Assembly (NCBI GenBank): GCA_043228905.1
Contig: JBHGNT010000002.1
Span: 6,386,001 to 6,450,000, forward strand
Reading direction: 5' to 3'
Origin: Azolla caroliniana
Lineage: Eukaryota; Plantae; Polypodiophyta
DNA length: 64,000 nucleotides
Shown: positions 60,091 to 64,000 of the stretch, one piece after another
Position numbering within the stretch: position 1 is the stretch's first letter
Layout of the letters: each line of letters starts with the position of its first letter
Translations under genes and position numbers: made by a program
Notes under the pieces: generated by a model
Told to the model about the DNA's origin: nothing
The model's database searches: none
Seen by the model: the letters and a program-made list of their open reading frames with translations, nothing else

Positions 60091-60180
60091 TTTGCGCGCA
60101 AGCCTTATAAAAGTTCCTTCAACTCCCCTTAACCTTAGTCCCTGCGACTTCGCCGCACGAACCACAACTACCCCGACAAC

Positions 60181-61188
60181 GTGAGCGCCGAAAAAGCTCA
60201 ACAATATGAAGAGTTATCATAGCGGGTTCGTCAACTTGAGGCGACTATATTGTCATTATGAGAGCAAGCGTCGGGGGCTCAGAACTCCCCTAGAGAGCCA
60301 AAGATCAGCCTCCCTACCAAGTTTGATGGTACGAGGTCTTTATTTCGAGGCTTTTTGAATCAAGTTCGTCTAGTTATTCAGCTACATCCCAATCGGTATC
60401 CAACTGATGCTGCTCGTGTGGGATTAGTGGGAACTTTGTTATGCAGTACAGTGTTAGCATGGTTCGCACCACTTCTCGAGAAGAAATCGCCATTGCTGGA
60501 GGATTTCGAGGCATTTGTTAAAGAGTTTCAAGCTAGTTTCAGAGACACCGACAGCACTAGGACAGCGATAAACAAGATTCGAAGGCTCCGACAAGGAGAT
60601 CGTCCCGCGTCGTCTTATGCAGCCGAGTTCCGTCTCTTGGCATGCGATATCCCTTGGGATGAGGCAGCTTTAATGGATCAATTCCGTCAAGGTTTGAGAA
60701 ATGATGTCAAAGATCTTCTTCTTACTTTCCCTGAAGATCCGAAGTCACTTACAGAAGCCATTAGTCGAGCTGTGCGATGTGATAATCGCCTATTTGAGCG
60801 ACGTTCTGAGCGCCAACAAATGTTACGCCGCCAACCTGAGCAGACTTACACTTCCGTAGTCGCAACGCCTCCACAAGTTTCTAGACCCATTACAAGGGAT
60901 GGCCCAACTCCGATGGAAATAGAGTCAACACAACGTCGTGGGCCGTTATCAGATGCTGAGAAGCAACGACGTCGAGCGCATCGCCTCTACCTATATTGTG
61001 GCGGTCCAAGACATATAGTTGTAAATTGTCCACATAAACCTAGGCGTCAAGTATACCAAGTAAGTGCCCATGAAAACCCTACCTCGAGTTCTATTGTTAC
61101 TTCTAATAACATAAATAAGCCTCATAGTCCATGTCATGAGAATAGATTCAATGTCTTGAGTCAATTAGAGGATGTGTTAAACGAGTAA
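60181..61188 (+). pseudogene. Tcn1-like gag
   Basis: ORF 60355-61188 plus upstream in-frame codons containing stops. Confidence 0.88.
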
Positions 61189-61227
61189 GTCCAGCCAAAA
61201 TAGGAGCCATTTGGCTGGACCATCCTA
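61176..61227 (+). promoter_or_regulatory. Candidate -1 ribosomal frameshift signal
   Basis: G TTA AAC, 6-nt spacer and an 11-bp stem; pol lies in the -1 frame. Confidence 0.7.
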
Positions 61228-64000
61228 GCTATGTAGAGTTAGTTCCTAGTCGTGGTTCCATTTCATCAAATCAAGTGAGTCGAGTTTTTTCAGCACAAAT
61301 CGAGCTTACCACATCTACATGTCATCGAGTCCTAGCCTCTGCCCTTCTAGATTCTGGAGCCAACTCTTGTTTCATGGATCGTGAATTTGCCTTGTCACAA
61401 AACATCCTCTTGAATAAGCTTCCCAGCCCAGTAGCCGTAGGAGTCATTGATGGACGTCCCATAGCATCAAGAGATATAGTCGAGGAGTTCGAGCCAATTA
61501 GGATAGTTCTTGGCAATTTGGCAAGCATAATCTCTTTCAATATTATTCGTAGTCCGGACCACCCAATATTTCTAGGTCTCCCCTGGTTTGAACTCCATAA
61601 CCCGAAGATTGATTGGATGAAAAGAACAATTGAGGAGACCCGAGAAAAAAGCACAAATCCCGCATCCCTCTCTCCTACATGTGCTAATAGATCCCCGGAG
61701 TTATCGCCCATCTCTTTACGACAGTTGCGGGAGGAAGGGGGGAATGAGGCCATGTTCATCTTCGCAATAATAGCAACTCCATCATCCACTTCACGATACG
61801 ACTGCCCTATTGACTTACAACCAAGGAAAGAACCTCCATGGGGCCCAATTTATAATCTCTCCCCTGTAGAGCTAGAGACTTTGCGGGAATATATTGATGA
61901 GAATCTGGCAAACGGATTCATTTGGCATTCTAGATCCCCTGCTGGTGCACCTATCTTCTTCGTTAAGAAGAAGAATGGACTCTTCGGTTGGTCGTGGATT
62001 ATCAAGGGCTAAACAAAGTGACTATCCGAAATAGATATGCTCTACCATTAATCCCGAATCTTTTGGAACGTCTTAGTGGTGCAAAATATTTCACGAAGTT
62101 GGACCTTCGCGGAGCATATAATCTAGTTCGGATTTGCCCAAGGGATGAATGGAAGACAGCTTTCCGCACTCACTATGGACATTTTGAGTATACATTGATG
62201 CCATTTGGTCTCACGAATGCACCTGCTGTTTTCCAACATATGGCGAACGATATTTTTCGAGATTTTCTTGATATCTTCACTATAGTTTACCTAGATGATA
62301 TTTTAATCTACTTAAAGACCCAAGAGGAGCATGATGAACATGTTCGTCAAGTACTACGCCGACTCCGAGAATATGGTCTCTACGTAAAATTAGAAAAGTG
62401 TAGTTTCGGCCAGAATCAAGTGGAATTTTTGGGGTATGTTGTATCGTCAAATGGTATTGCTATGGACCCCATGAAGGTACAAGCAATTTTAGAGTGGCAA
62501 ACGCCCCTTTCAGTGCGTGATGTGCAACGTTTTCTCGGGTTTGCAAATTTTTATCGAAAATTTATTAAAGATTATTCCAAGGTTGTGCTTCCGCTTACTC
62601 AGCTCACACATAAAGATCAACCATTTATATGGAGTTCAGATGCAGCCGAGGCATTCGAAAGCTTAAAACGAGCATTTACAACGGCACCTATCTTAGCACA
62701 TGTCGACCCAACAAAACGCTTCATCCTCGAAGCCGATGCATCCGATTTTGCACTAGGGAGTGTCCTCTCGCAGACTGGAGATGATGGACAACTACACCCT
62801 GTCGCCTTAGATTCACGAAAGTTTGACGCTGCAGAGATCAACTACGAGATCCATGACAAAGAGCTTCTTGCAATCGTGGATTCGTTTCAACAATGGCGAC
62901 ATTTCCTAGAAGGTTCTTCTCAGCAGATCATTGTCTACAATGATCATAAGAACCTGACTTATTTCCAAAATGCTTGAGTCTTGAGTCGGCGACAAGCCCG
63001 GTGGGCGCAATTTTTGACTCACTTCGACTTTATCATCATATATTGCCCTGGGATGCAGCAAGGCAAAGCATATGCTCTTTCTCGGCGCTCTTATATGGAA
63101 CTTCGTCCAGGGGAACCTGCATTTGAGCATCAAAAACAAATCCTTTTGGGTCCTAATCGATTACGATTAATGGTAGTTAACGCCATAACAACTCTTGAAA
63201 ATTCCACTCTTCTTGATTCCATTCGAGATCATATGGCCACTGATGATTTCGCCAAGGATGTTTTGGATCATATCGTCCCGGATCGTGCTTCTTGCTCACA
63301 GTCGAAAAATCCTCGTAATGACTATTGTCAGTTCTATTGGCATGATGGTTTTCTATTTCGACAAAATTTATTGTATGTTCCTGATGGTCCCCCACGGCTA
63401 CAAGTTTTGCAACATTGCCATGACTCACCAATGGCTGGTCATTTTGGAGTTCACAAGACTCTAGAATTAATTTCTCGACGTTATTGGTGGCCTCGCCTTC
63501 GTCATTTTGTTGAGGAGTATGTTCGGAGTTGTGATATATGTTGTCGATCAAAGAATCCTCGTCACCGACCCTATGGCTTACTACAACCACTTCCCATTCC
63601 GGAAACACCTTGGAAGTCTATATCCTTGGACTTCATTACTGATCTCCCAGTTTCAAAAGGTTTTGATGCAATTCTCACAGTGGTTGATCGATTTACCAAA
63701 ATGGCTCATTTCTTGCCATGTACAAAGTCGATTACTAGTCAAGAGACGGTTGATCTCGTTATGCGGGAGGTATTTAAGCATCATGGTCTACCGGATGATA
63801 TTATTAGTGATCGTGGTCCACAATTCATCTCAAAGTTTTGGAAGCACCTGTTCAAACTTCTCCACATTTCAGCTAAGCTTTCTTCGGGCTATCATCCTGA
63901 AACAAATGGCCAAACAGAGCGTACCAACTAGACATTGGAACAATATCTTCATTGTTTCATCAACTATCAACAAGATGATTGGGTTGCTTTTTTGCACTTG
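61182..64000 (+). pseudogene. Tcn1-like pol (PR-RT-RH-INT), frameshift near 61980 and stops at 62975 and 63929
   Basis: ORFs 61275-62012, 61988-62977 and 62981-63931. Confidence 0.92.

Larger units (their letters stand above)
60091..64000 (+). mobile_element. Tcn1-like Ty3/Gypsy chromovirus internal region (runs off the right edge)
   Basis: Gag PTKFDG..GPTPME and protease [33 protein letters not shown] and INT ISLDFITDLP/SDRGPQF. Confidence 0.92.

Noticed and set aside
1-64000. Numerous short antisense and alternate-frame ORFs
   Set aside because: Shadows of GC-rich retroelement coding sequence or microsatellite translations (SLSL/RERE).

Overview
Eukaryotic plant genomic DNA, mostly a dense nest of decayed retrotransposons around one intact host gene. 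The retroelement mix (Tcn1-like chromoviruses, a fungal/algal-type Gypsy) suggests a non-seed land plant; this is inference only. The host gene has three exons (33618-34391, 35549-35962, 36209-36298, + strand, about 425 aa). It encodes a bHLH transcription factor with a C-terminal ACT-like domain that resembles ZHOUPI/bHLH subfamily Ib. To its left is a four-level nest (Gypsy LTR > Copia > Copia > Gypsy, plus a solo LTR), another Copia inside the Gypsy gag, and two related non-chromovirus Gypsy elements head-to-head, one carrying an ~800-codon extra ORF. To its right are an L1-type LINE interrupted by a Copia deletion derivative, a decayed Copia hosting a nearly intact Copia, and a stack of Copia and Tcn1-like elements. 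That stack shows a self-priming signature, tRNA-like modules and a -1 frameshift signal. Boundaries, TSDs and hairpins were read by eye; no alignments or database searches were run.
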